Shown: positions 1 to 9,003, counted from the first letter of the stretch. The stretch: DNA of 64,000 nt from Bdellovibrionales bacterium (GCA_009692515.1 SHZA01000003.1:11966-75965); one strand, 5' to 3'. Made by a program: numbers and translations. The notes: generated by a model from the letters alone, not told the origin.

Positions 1-28
1 ACTAGCTAAAAGTTTTGAAAAGGCGGGC

Positions 29-637
29 ATGAGTGAAAAAATTGGAAGTATCGTCGTGGAAATTAAAAAGATAGCACAGGCTAATAAAAGAGTGGCTCCA
101 ACAGGACAAGCAGCGTTTTATTTGGGCGCAAGCTATTTTAAAGAGGTTGATAAAGAAAGAAAGAAATACGATGCCATCAAACTTAGATTTCCTGAAGCCG
201 ATCTTTTGGCTTTAATGAAGAAAAAGTTGAAGGTGCTAAGTAAGCTATCGAAAACTTATGATGACGAAATTGAAAGAGGGGTTCCCGAGTGGGGAATCGC
301 AGCACTATATGAAAAAAGTACCGCTTATGAAACCTATGTTTCACAGTTTCGTAGTCTAAAGATCCCATCTCGATATAAACCAGAGGAAAAAATAGAGGCA
401 GAGGCGGGATTAAAACAAATTAATACTACACAGATTGCTCCCTTAGAAAAGAAGGCCCAGGAAATTCTAACTGTGTGTGCCGAGAGAGCTTCTCAGTTTC
501 ATGTGATTACCGATTATGCGAAAAAATGTCGAGACAAAGCTAAGAAAATCGAAGGACAGTTTGAGCCGACTGGGATCAGTCCTCAACCTTCTTATTGGAG
601 TACTAAGGGTCCGAAGGAAGAGAGTGTTAACGAATGA
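29..637 (+). CDS. Hypothetical protein (possibly 5'-truncated by window edge; reading frame stays open back to base 2)
   Basis: ORF track; 4-bp ATGA overlap with downstream TPR lipoprotein gene suggests co-operonic; no recognisable catalytic motifs. Confidence 0.35.
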   Translation: MSEKIGSIVVEIKKIAQANKRVAPTGQAAFYLGASYFKEVDKERKKYDAIKLRFPEADLLALMKKKLKVLSKLSKTYDDEIERGVPEWGIAALYEKSTAYETYVSQFRSLKIPSRYKPEEKIEAEAGLKQINTTQIAPLEKKAQEILTVCAERASQFHVITDYAKKCRDKAKKIEGQFEPTGISPQPSYWSTKGPKEESVNE

Positions 638-1500
638 AGCAATTTATAACTATAGCAGCCACTGGGGTTATCGTTTCTTTTCTTGGATGTGCATCACTGA
701 ATCAAACGGAGGCCAAAAGCAAAACATATGAATACCTGGCTTGGTTTGATCATGGATCCGAGGGTGAGTTTGATCCCTATCGAAAAATACTATCCGAAAA
801 GATAGATGAAGTTGATGGCGAGGTTGTGGATCCTACAAAGCTAGATAAGTATCTAGACTATCTTACAGTTCTTGATAGCAATATTAAAAAGCCAGGAACA
901 GAACAAAAGATAAAAGATTTTGTAAGTAAAAATCCAGAAGAAAAGCGTGGCCTATTTGTTCTGGGAGTTCATTACATGAGGTATCAAAAGAAGGAGTTAG
1001 CGAACTATTTTTTTACTTTACTTGAAAAAGATCCCAATTTTAGGTGGAGGTCACTTCTATATAACAATTTGGGAATGTTGAGCTTACAGGAAAAAGATCG
1101 AGATAAAGCGATGAACTATTTTACAAAGGCTATCGCAGCAGAGCCCGCTATTGCGGCGCCTAGAGTGAATCTAGGGGCTCTTTATTTACAAAGTAAAAGT
1201 TATGCAGAGGCACAGCCCTTATTTAGAAAGGCCTTAGACATCGATGGCGATTTTGAGGATGCCGTTCTGGGACTCGGAGTCTGCTTGGAGTCGCAGGGTA
1301 AATTTGCTGAAGCGCATCAACTCTATTCTACGTTTATCGATAGCCACACCCAAAAGGTGGCGGTTCTTTATAATGATGCCTTAATTTTGGCCAAGCATCT
1401 TGGGAAACGTGAGGAGGCATCGGAAATAATGCTTCGTTACATTCAACGCGGTGGAAAAGAGGCATCAAAAGCTCATGAAATGATTCAGGGATGGCGATAA
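634..1500 (+). CDS. TPR-repeat lipoprotein (GltE/AgmO-like position in a Glt-like cluster)
   Basis: N-terminal signal peptide with lipobox-like 'FLGCAS'; C-terminal half has tandem TPR-like helices (…NNLGMLSLQEKDRDKAMNYFTKAIAAEP…NLGALYLQSKSYAEAQPLFRKALDIDGDFEDA…). Confidence 0.55.
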   Translation: MKQFITIAATGVIVSFLGCASLNQTEAKSKTYEYLAWFDHGSEGEFDPYRKILSEKIDEVDGEVVDPTKLDKYLDYLTVLDSNIKKPGTEQKIKDFVSKNPEEKRGLFVLGVHYMRYQKKELANYFFTLLEKDPNFRWRSLLYNNLGMLSLQEKDRDKAMNYFTKAIAAEPAIAAPRVNLGALYLQSKSYAEAQPLFRKALDIDGDFEDAVLGLGVCLESQGKFAEAHQLYSTFIDSHTQKVAVLYNDALILAKHLGKREEASEIMLRYIQRGGKEASKAHEMIQGWR

Positions 1501-1574
1501 AGATAATGCTGATCTCTAAGAATTTTTAGATGCTAAGTGTCTTTTTTAGGGATTGAACTTGAAAGTGAAAGGTT

Positions 1575-1934
1575 ATGAAAAATAGATTAACAAACTTCAT
1601 ATTAATAATTTTTGTTTTTTCGGTTTTTCAATTTACTGTTCACGCTAAAACTAAAAAATCAATTCCTCGAGTGCCTCCAAAGGAGACTGTGAGCTCTGCT
1701 CCTGGAAAACGTGACGAGGGTGATTTTGTGGTGGAAAAAAGATCCGATGGAACCACAGTGAAATATAAAAAGAAAACTAGCTATGATTTTGAAGGAGCCA
1801 ATATTGATGGTTTATATAACAAACCTTCTGGCTCTTATATTTCAAATATAAAAGATGTTAAAGGAAAAAGTATTATTAGGATCAGAGAAAATTTTGATGC
1901 TGAAGTCATAGACTCAGCAAGGCTCATAAAATAA
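1575..1934 (+). CDS. Small secreted protein (signal peptide; GltF-like position)
   Basis: Hydrophobic N-terminus MKNRLTNFILIIFVFSVFQFTVHA; stop 8 bp before start of FHA gene. Confidence 0.4.
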   Translation: MKNRLTNFILIIFVFSVFQFTVHAKTKKSIPRVPPKETVSSAPGKRDEGDFVVEKRSDGTTVKYKKKTSYDFEGANIDGLYNKPSGSYISNIKDVKGKSIIRIRENFDAEVIDSARLIK

Positions 1935-1942
1935 GAGGCAAC

Positions 1943-4153
1943 ATGGAATCAAAACAACAGAACTTAGCCGGTTCAGGAATTCGTCTCGACGTCTTAGGTA
2001 AAGATGGCGTAGTGATTCATACTGGGGAATTTATCAAAGATAAGATCGTGATGGGAAGAATCCTATCCGCTGATTTAAGAATTGATGATCCTAGGGTTTC
2101 GAGAATTCACGCATTGATCGAAATTAGAAATGAAGAGATCATTCTTACCGATCTAGCTTCAAGCCATGGCACATTTTTAAATAGCAAAAAAGTGGTCGAA
2201 TCCAAATTGAAGTTTGGAGACATTATTCGCTTGGGTTTTGTAGAATTGAAGGTAACGAAAGGCTCAGGACAAGCTAGCGCACCAACCGCTTCCAAATTTG
2301 ATGCTGAAGACGTGACTAATAATGATGCCACTCTGGTAGATATTGAAAGAGATGAGTTTGATACCAATCGAAGAGATAAGGACCGAAGAAAAAAGGATGC
2401 TTTTCCAACCGAAAAACGCCTTGAGGAAAGGCGTCAAGGAGATCGACGAATTGAGCAGCGAAAAGAGGATCGTCGAAAAGAGGGAACCAGTGAAGCCGAT
2501 AAAGTAATTTCGGAAAGAAGAGAGGATGACGATCGTAGAAAAGATTTGCCTAGAGAAAGAAGAGGCGGTGAACGTAGGCAAAGTGAGCGCCGAGTATTTG
2601 ATATTACGAGTTTAGAAAGACGCATCGATGATCGTAGAGATAGAAAGTCTGATGACGATATTTTACCCGAAGAATTAGAAAAAGCATTTGAATCTCCATC
2701 CCATGCGAGAGAAATTGAAGTGACTGCATTATGGGGAGATCACATCCTTGATATCTCTAATTATAATAACGAGTGTGTCCTAAACATTGGTGAAAGCCCT
2801 CGTAATGACTATATCATTCCCAGTGTAGGTATCCCCGATGAATTTCCCTTATTAACTATCCAAGAGGATGGGACTAGTCAGTTAGCTTTTACGGAAGAAA
2901 TGTCTGGAACCATACGTGCTCGTGACAAAATATATTCAATAAAGGATTTACGTAATGAAAAGTTTGTTCGTAAAGAGGGCGATCATTATGTGATGGGTTT
3001 AAAGCAGGACGATTTTGCAAAAATCGCTGTGGGCACGGTCAGTTTTTTTATTCTTTATGTAAAGCCAGCACCTCGAATTTTACGGCCACCTTTCTTTGAA
3101 CAAGATGCATTATTAATGAGAACAACTGTAGGATCGGTGCTTCTTTTCTTAGCCTTAATGATAGGGCTTTCTTTTGTTCCTAAGCCTATTCCAGTAACCA
3201 TCGAACAGGTGCCTGAGAGATTTGCTAAAATTGTAATTAAAAAGAGACCCGACATTTCAAAAATGGGTTTAATTGCAAAAGGAGAAGAGTCTAAAGAGGG
3301 GGGGTCGGTGGCGGGTGAAGGGGGGCCAGCGATCGGTCCTGAAGGAGAAGCGGGTAGAAAAGATCTTCCTAGAAAAGAGGAAAAGGCGCAAACTATTTTA
3401 CCTAAATCAAAACCGAAAGCAAATACGACGCCGTCACCTGTAGCAACTAAAACAGCGACTCCTGCAAAAACTAAAGTACCAGAGAAAAAATCGATTAAGA
3501 GCGTGGGATTATTAAAAGCAATGTCTAATGGAGCCATTCAAAAAGAGTTTAACAATCTTATCAATGCGGGTGAAGGACCTGAGGGCCCAGGTGGCTTTGA
3601 TGAATTTGGAAAAGCCATTCGCGGAGCCAGAGGAAAAAGTCTTGAAGAGACTGGTGGTGCAGGTGGAATGGGGTTGAAGGGTGTGGATGCTGGCGGTGGT
3701 GGAAAAACTGTGGGAATCGATGGGCCATCAACTAAAGGATTGGGTCGTGGATATCATGGCGACGGCATCGGCGAGGGCATTTCTGGTCCCGGAAGATTTG
3801 GTCTTAAAGGGGAACATGCTATTAGTATTGTGTCAGAAAATATTCAAGTTCTCTCAGGACTTTCTAAAGATCTTATCAATGCCGTCGTCCAACGTCACCG
3901 AGCTGAAATTAGAGCCTGTTATGATTCTGCATTACAAAGAAACCCCAAGCTTAGTGGAAAAGTGGTGATGTTTTTTAACATTCAATCCAATGGGATCGTT
4001 TCCACGGTGGGAATTAAAGAAAGTACAATCGGAGACGCGGGACTTGAAAGTTGTATTGGAAGTAGGATTAAGAGCTGGGTATTTCCCAAACCAGAAGCGC
4101 CTGTGGTTACAGAGGTTGCAGCGTATCCATTTTACTTAAATCCTGCGAACTAA
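1943..4153 (+). CDS. FHA-domain inner-membrane protein with C-terminal TonB-C/AgmX-PglI-like domain (GltG/PglI-like)
   Basis: N-terminal FHA signature (GR…RVSRIHALIE…ILTDLASSHGTFLN); Arg/Asp/Glu-rich repeat linker; one TM helix; Pro/Lys then Gly-rich periplasmic region; C-terminal …AEIRACYDSALQRNPKLSGKVVMFFNIQSNGIV…ESCIGSRIKSWVFPKP resembling TonB-C-like AgmX/PglI C-terminal domain. Confidence 0.7.
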   Translation: MESKQQNLAGSGIRLDVLGKDGVVIHTGEFIKDKIVMGRILSADLRIDDPRVSRIHALIEIRNEEIILTDLASSHGTFLNSKKVVESKLKFGDIIRLGFVELKVTKGSGQASAPTASKFDAEDVTNNDATLVDIERDEFDTNRRDKDRRKKDAFPTEKRLEERRQGDRRIEQRKEDRRKEGTSEADKVISERREDDDRRKDLPRERRGGERRQSERRVFDITSLERRIDDRRDRKSDDDILPEELEKAFESPSHAREIEVTALWGDHILDISNYNNECVLNIGESPRNDYIIPSVGIPDEFPLLTIQEDGTSQLAFTEEMSGTIRARDKIYSIKDLRNEKFVRKEGDHYVMGLKQDDFAKIAVGTVSFFILYVKPAPRILRPPFFEQDALLMRTTVGSVLLFLALMIGLSFVPKPIPVTIEQVPERFAKIVIKKRPDISKMGLIAKGEESKEGGSVAGEGGPAIGPEGEAGRKDLPRKEEKAQTILPKSKPKANTTPSPVATKTATPAKTKVPEKKSIKSVGLLKAMSNGAIQKEFNNLINAGEGPEGPGGFDEFGKAIRGARGKSLEETGGAGGMGLKGVDAGGGGKTVGIDGPSTKGLGRGYHGDGIGEGISGPGRFGLKGEHAISIVSENIQVLSGLSKDLINAVVQRHRAEIRACYDSALQRNPKLSGKVVMFFNIQSNGIVSTVGIKESTIGDAGLESCIGSRIKSWVFPKPEAPVVTEVAAYPFYLNPAN

Positions 4154-5886
4154 ATTCCAAGCCAGGTTACTAATCTATCAAATAGACTGGGTCCTCTAGA
4201 GTTAGGGTCCCGTTTTTTAGCTAGTGCTACCGAAGTCAAAGATTTTTTTGAATCTACTAGGGTGGTTTGCGCCACAAGAAGCTTCGGAATCTCTTCATTC
4301 GATAGACCCATCGGGTCGCTTGCTTCTCTTAGCTCCTCTAAAATTTTAGTAAGTTCGTCGGTTTTGACTGGAGCTTCTAAAGTAGGTACGGTTTTAAAAT
4401 CGTTTATCTCAATAGAGGCTATTTCTCTATCAGTATAAGGTTCTTCACGAGAAAAGGTTCCATCATTATTATAGTAATAAGCTATCGGTTTATTTGACAC
4501 CGAGTTTGATGAAGAGGGATCATAGTTTGATGGAGAGGAATCATAGCTAGTAGGTGGTGCAGTGCTGAATGAGTCACTCTTTAATGCGGAAGCACTCGTA
4601 TATTGAACTTGGACGTTAGGTGCGTTTGGATCTTGTTCTCGCATACTAAAACCGAGGTCAGAGTTAGCTCCCCATTTTTTATCAGGGGTAGCAGGCAAAG
4701 ATTGTTCAATGGCAGAGGGTTTAGCCGGGTTATCAATATTGGGGGCAGTAGCCGAAGGTGGTGCCAAACTATAAAAATTACTTGTGGAGCTACTTGAATT
4801 TGTTGCCTTAGCCTCAGCAGTACTTGCAATTTTAGGCAGGTTGTTACTGGTTACAGAGCTCGGTTTAAAACTTATATTATCTGAAGTTGCTGATCCAGAA
4901 GTATTGTTTTTACTATCGAAGTTACCTTTAGAATCACTGAAGTCATTTGAAGTCGAATCCAGATTTTCTTTATTGGCCAAATTATTAGGTGGAGTGTGGG
5001 AACTATTGTTTGTATCGGTGAGCGCCGCATAGTCATTTGTTTTAAATTTGTTATCAGGAGCTACTAAAGGTGTAGCATTTGTAACGGGGCCAGGATTTCC
5101 AATTAATTCCTCAGATAGATCCACAAAATTCTCAAGCGGAGCACTAGGTTTCTCAGATAGGGAATCTTGATTATAAGCAGAGGACGGAATGGAATTCAAA
5201 TTTGATTCGGATCCTTTTTGCTTTGAGTTCAGTTCTTTTTCTAATTTGGCTAATTGGCCTAATGTTTCTTTGTACTGTTCTGCCAATTTTATTCCGAAAG
5301 GATCACTCGACTCCACATGATTTAAAATAGAGTCTCTTAAGTTTCTAATTTGTTCATTTAATGCGGTTATTTCTTGAGAGGTATGGTTTCTAGTCCTAAC
5401 CCGCTTAGTAAGGGTAACGGTCTCCTTTTCGGTCTCTACTGTTTGGGTGTGTTCTGAAATAGCGGTTTCTATTTTTTCTTTCAATAATGTTTTCTCTTTT
5501 GATTTCCACTGGAATGGCTGTTGGTTGAGCTCTTCGAGTTGCTTCTTTAAGCTATCAATGACGACTTTTATTTTCGAATCAGACTCCTTTTTAGCGTTGT
5601 CATAGGTTGATTGTATTTCAGTAGACGGGTGAGAATCGTTGTTGGAATTAGGAACAGTCGGTTTCTGAGGATATGTATTATCAAGGCTTTTTAAATTCGT
5701 TAGGTTGTCTGTAATCGCTTTTAAAAGATTAGGATAAACTCTAATTGTGGAATCGGGCAAAGTCTGCTTTGGACTGCTACTTTGATTCCCCTCGTGACTA
5801 GCTAAACCGATGGTGGGTATTAATAATCTGCCACCTATTAAATAGAACAGTGTGGCCTTGCCGAATAGATGTTTGAGATTTCTCAT
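4150..5886 (-). CDS. Secreted Ser/Asn/Thr-rich low-complexity protein with N-terminal coiled-coil region
   Basis: Signal peptide-like N-terminus; coiled-coil heptads (…KKQLEELNQQPFQWKSKEKTLLKEKIETAI…); long S/N/T/P low-complexity tract; convergent with and abutting the FHA gene. Confidence 0.45.
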   Translation of the reverse strand: MRNLKHLFGKATLFYLIGGRLLIPTIGLASHEGNQSSSPKQTLPDSTIRVYPNLLKAITDNLTNLKSLDNTYPQKPTVPNSNNDSHPSTEIQSTYDNAKKESDSKIKVVIDSLKKQLEELNQQPFQWKSKEKTLLKEKIETAISEHTQTVETEKETVTLTKRVRTRNHTSQEITALNEQIRNLRDSILNHVESSDPFGIKLAEQYKETLGQLAKLEKELNSKQKGSESNLNSIPSSAYNQDSLSEKPSAPLENFVDLSEELIGNPGPVTNATPLVAPDNKFKTNDYAALTDTNNSSHTPPNNLANKENLDSTSNDFSDSKGNFDSKNNTSGSATSDNISFKPSSVTSNNLPKIASTAEAKATNSSSSTSNFYSLAPPSATAPNIDNPAKPSAIEQSLPATPDKKWGANSDLGFSMREQDPNAPNVQVQYTSASALKSDSFSTAPPTSYDSSPSNYDPSSSNSVSNKPIAYYYNNDGTFSREEPYTDREIASIEINDFKTVPTLEAPVKTDELTKILEELREASDPMGLSNEEIPKLLVAQTTLVDSKKSLTSVALAKKRDPNSRGPSLFDRLVTWLGI

Positions 5887-5896
5887 GATTTAATTA

Positions 5897-5977
5897 CCCC
5901 GTATTCTTTTATAAACTGCAAATAAAGGGCCCATAAAATAACTATGGGTTAACGCATTGTTTTATAAAAGAATAGGG
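5897..5977. promoter_or_regulatory. Perfect 14-bp inverted repeat (TATTCTTTTATAAA … TTTATAAAAGAATA) with 45-bp spacer containing a nested GCCCAT/ATGGGT hairpin, in the 5' region of the minus-strand gene 4150..5886
   Basis: Read directly from sequence: arms at 5902-5915 and 5961-5974, each flanked by CCC/GGG. Confidence 0.5.
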
Positions 5978-6265
5978 TGTATTCAGCCTGAGAGCGGTCG
6001 AATTTAAGTACTTAACGGCAGCTAACCCTTCCAATTATGTCAAAAAAAAAGCACTTTTTCTGTGGGTGATTACAAAAGCTATACACTCACTTCAAAAACA
6101 ATTAAGTATCTTAAATAACAAGTAATTTTAAGTTACCCACGTGTATTCTAATGGTGTACTCTCTAATGTTTTTTCATCTTAAGATCGAGTGACTTGCCAG
6201 AATAAAGAAAAACCATTAGGGTTGGCCGTCTTAAAGATATCGAAAGATAAGGTCTTTAAAAAGAT

Positions 6266-6342
6266 GCGGGACTAGCTCAGTTGGCTAGAGCGCAACCTTG
6301 CCAAGGTTGAGGTCGCGGGTTCGAGCCCCGTGTCCCGCTCCA
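6266..6342 (+). tRNA. tRNA-Gly (anticodon GCC)
   Basis: Cloverleaf readable by eye: acceptor GCGGGAC/GTCCCGC, D-arm AGCTCAGTTGGCTAGAGC, anticodon stem CAACC/GGTTG with loop TTGCCAA, T-arm GCGGGTTCGAGCCCCGT, 3' CCA encoded. Confidence 0.9.
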
Positions 6343-6360
6343 ATTTTAAAAAAACCAATC

Positions 6361-7077
6361 ATGTTAAAAGACCTTAAAAGCTCAGATCAAACTCACACTA
6401 AAGTGGTCATACGTGAAGTACTTGCGGGTCTGGGTTCTCTTCTTCTATTTCCCTTTGGCATAAAAAACTCAAAAAAAAGAACGGCTCGATTGGCAGAGCA
6501 ACGAAGTGTTGTGTTTGTTCATGGATATATTGGAAACAGGTCCTCTTTTCTTCCTCTTTTTGCCTATCTTCGAGTGGTGGGAGTGAAACAAATACTCTCC
6601 TTTAATTACCCTCCAAATAGTGGCGTAGATGAAGCCGCGATGGCCCTTCGAGACTTTTTAAAAGCAAAGGTACGTGGAGGGCGCATTGATCTTGTATGCC
6701 ATAGTTTAGGAGGGGTGATTGCTCGCGTTTATTTGCAGGAGCTAGGAGGCTCTAGGCGAGTTGATCGTTGCATTACTTTGGGCACTCCTCATCAGGGAAC
6801 CTACAATGCCTATTGGATTCCTTCTAGTGTAGGACGAGATCTACGGCCCGATTCTACGTTGATTGAAAGACTTGAAAGGTCTCGAAATAAAGCTGCAAAG
6901 GTAAAATTCACCTCAATCGTAGCCGATTCTGACAACATTATTCTCCCAAGGATATTTGCAGTGAATGGTGAGGATGTCATTCACATTCCAAATGTGGGTC
7001 ACCTAGGGATGCTTTTTTCCATAGAGGTATTTCGCGTAGTGGCTGAACGATTACTAAGTAAAGAAATTAAAAAATGA
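6361..7077 (+). CDS. Alpha/beta-hydrolase, lipase/esterase-like (GHSxG nucleophile elbow)
   Basis: Motif VCHSLGGVIARVY; later HIPNVGHLGM; ORF-track start at 6298 overlaps the tRNA, so the in-frame ATG at 6361 is the likelier start. Confidence 0.6.
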   Translation: MLKDLKSSDQTHTKVVIREVLAGLGSLLLFPFGIKNSKKRTARLAEQRSVVFVHGYIGNRSSFLPLFAYLRVVGVKQILSFNYPPNSGVDEAAMALRDFLKAKVRGGRIDLVCHSLGGVIARVYLQELGGSRRVDRCITLGTPHQGTYNAYWIPSSVGRDLRPDSTLIERLERSRNKAAKVKFTSIVADSDNIILPRIFAVNGEDVIHIPNVGHLGMLFSIEVFRVVAERLLSKEIKK

Positions 7078-7871
7078 AAAAACTAACTGAAACCCAAAAG
7101 TTTTTAAAGGTAGTTCACGAATTAAGAACCCAATGCCCCTGGGATAAAAAACAAACCCATCAGACTCTGGCTAAGCATCTCCTAGAAGAGTCTTACGAAA
7201 CTATCGAGGCGATTGAGTCAAAAAATAAAAAAGCTATTAAAGAGGAGCTTGGTGACGTCCTATTACAGGTGGCTCTTCACGCTGAAATCGCATCTGAAAA
7301 GAATGGTTTTGATTTTGAAGATGTGGCGAAATTTATTGCAGAAAAAATGGTCCGTAGGCACCCTCACATTTATAAAAACCAAAAGGTACTGAATTATAAA
7401 TCTCACATGCAGAATTGGACGGCGCTAAAACAAAAGGAAAAACCTAGTCGAAGTTTGCTAGAGGGAACTCCCAAGGGGTTACCTGCTTTGCAGCTATCTC
7501 AACGATATGGTGAAATTGCGAGTACCGTAGGTTTTGATTGGAAAAATGAAAAAAAGGTAATGTTAAAAGTAAGAGAAGAGTTAAGAGAACTTGAAACGGA
7601 AATACAGAAAAAATCTACCGATGGAATAGAAGAGGAATTAGGGGATCTTCTTTTTACTTTGGCTTCATTAGCGCGGCATTGCCAGATAGATGCTGAGGCT
7701 AGTCTTAGAAAAGCGGCTGGGAAATTTCAAATGCGTATTGAAAGAATGGAAAAAGAAAAAAGAAAACTGGGTAAAAACTTATCTGATTGTACGATAGTAG
7801 AACTTGAAGAGGCGTGGAATATGGCTAAAACTGCCACCAAGACCCCTCCCGTAGGGTCTAAACGTATTTGA
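7074..7871 (+). CDS. mazG: Nucleoside triphosphate pyrophosphohydrolase MazG
   Basis: Two MazG-type EExxE/EELGD motifs (…EELGDVLLQVALHAE… and …EELGDLLFTLASLARH…); ATGA overlap with upstream gene. Confidence 0.8.
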   Translation: MKKLTETQKFLKVVHELRTQCPWDKKQTHQTLAKHLLEESYETIEAIESKNKKAIKEELGDVLLQVALHAEIASEKNGFDFEDVAKFIAEKMVRRHPHIYKNQKVLNYKSHMQNWTALKQKEKPSRSLLEGTPKGLPALQLSQRYGEIASTVGFDWKNEKKVMLKVREELRELETEIQKKSTDGIEEELGDLLFTLASLARHCQIDAEASLRKAAGKFQMRIERMEKEKRKLGKNLSDCTIVELEEAWNMAKTATKTPPVGSKRI

Positions 7872-8005
7872 GAACTGAGTTTGTTGATACTAAAAAATAG
7901 GCATAACAATATATGATTTAGTGACCTTCTAAACGTTTGTGAATGAGTTAAAAACTAAAAACATTGTAAAGCTAAGCTGGAATGTTCTAAGTAAACTCAA
8001 GAAAA

Positions 8006-8932
8006 TCATCTCTTAGGTATCTTTTTACAAATTTGGTCCAAAGCTTCCTGTACCTTAGGATATTTAAAAACAAAACTACAATCGGTTATTTTTTTTGCTT
8101 CTACTTTTTGGCTAGCCAAAACTAGTTCCGACATTTCACCCAATGCTATTTTTAAGGCTATTGCCGGGGCTGGCATAAAAGCGGGTCGATTTAATGCCTT
8201 CCCGAGCGCTGAGGAAAACTCAGCATTGGTTGCGGGATTAGGGGCTACTGCATTAATAGGTCCTGAAATATTTTCGTTTAAGAGCGAAAAAAGAATCAGT
8301 TCAACAAGATCTTGTTTGTGAATCCAACTCATCCATTGTTTTCCAGACCCTACAGGACCGCCCGCCCCAATTTTAAAAAGAGGTATTAGTTTTGCAAGCG
8401 CACCACCCTCTTTTCCTAGTACAACTCCAATTCGTAGGGTTACGGTTCGTATCGATGGCAGCCCAGGTTGAGAGCCCTCTTTCTCCCATGCTCGACAGAC
8501 ATCGGCTAGAAATCCTATTCCCTGTGGAGAATTTTCTAAAAGAGTTTCATTTCCACGATTTCCATAAATTCCAATAGCAGAAGCTAATACTAAAACTTTC
8601 GGCTTAGCTCCAGATGCAATTAAGCCTGTTAAAAGATTACGAGTACTAAGAACTCGCGAGTCCATGATCCGATTTTTTTGTTTGTGATTCCATCGTCCTG
8701 CCGCAATGGATTCTCCAGCTAGGTGAACAATAGCATCAATGTTACTGTAAGCCTCTTTTGGCGGAGTAGAAGCTTCGGGATCCCACTTAAAAATTTGCAA
8801 TGGAAAGGGAAGAGCCTGTTTAGCAGCTTCAGAATTGCGTGTTAATAATATGACTTGATGATTATTTTCCACCAATTTTTTAACTAAGGAACGACCTACA
8901 AAGCCTGTACCGCCTGTGACTAATACTTTCAT
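8006..8932 (-). CDS. Epimerase-family NAD(P)-binding protein YfcH-like (TIGR01777/DUF1731 type)
   Basis: N-terminal Rossmann MKVLVTGGTGFVGRSL; C-terminal DUF1731-like tail. Confidence 0.7.
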   Translation of the reverse strand: MKVLVTGGTGFVGRSLVKKLVENNHQVILLTRNSEAAKQALPFPLQIFKWDPEASTPPKEAYSNIDAIVHLAGESIAAGRWNHKQKNRIMDSRVLSTRNLLTGLIASGAKPKVLVLASAIGIYGNRGNETLLENSPQGIGFLADVCRAWEKEGSQPGLPSIRTVTLRIGVVLGKEGGALAKLIPLFKIGAGGPVGSGKQWMSWIHKQDLVELILFSLLNENISGPINAVAPNPATNAEFSSALGKALNRPAFMPAPAIALKIALGEMSELVLASQKVEAKKITDCSFVFKYPKVQEALDQICKKIPKR

Positions 8933-9003
8933 AAAAACCCCTTCATTGATATTGTCTTCGGTTCCTATTATGTTCGAAACTCTGGATAAAAACAGCTAAA
9001 TAT

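Noticed and set aside
2107-3537. Several 60-160 aa ORFs on the minus strand inside the GltG-like FHA gene (2107..2367, 2264..2581, 2434..2625, 3055..3537)
   Set aside because: They lie entirely antisense within a well-supported long CDS. The low-complexity, repeat-rich coding region generates long open antisense frames. There are no RBS or domain signals.
6298-6360. N-terminal extension of the lipase-like ORF (MPRLRSRVRAPCPAPILKKPI)
   Set aside because: It overlaps the tRNA-Gly gene body. The Arg/Pro-rich translation is simply the tRNA read in frame.
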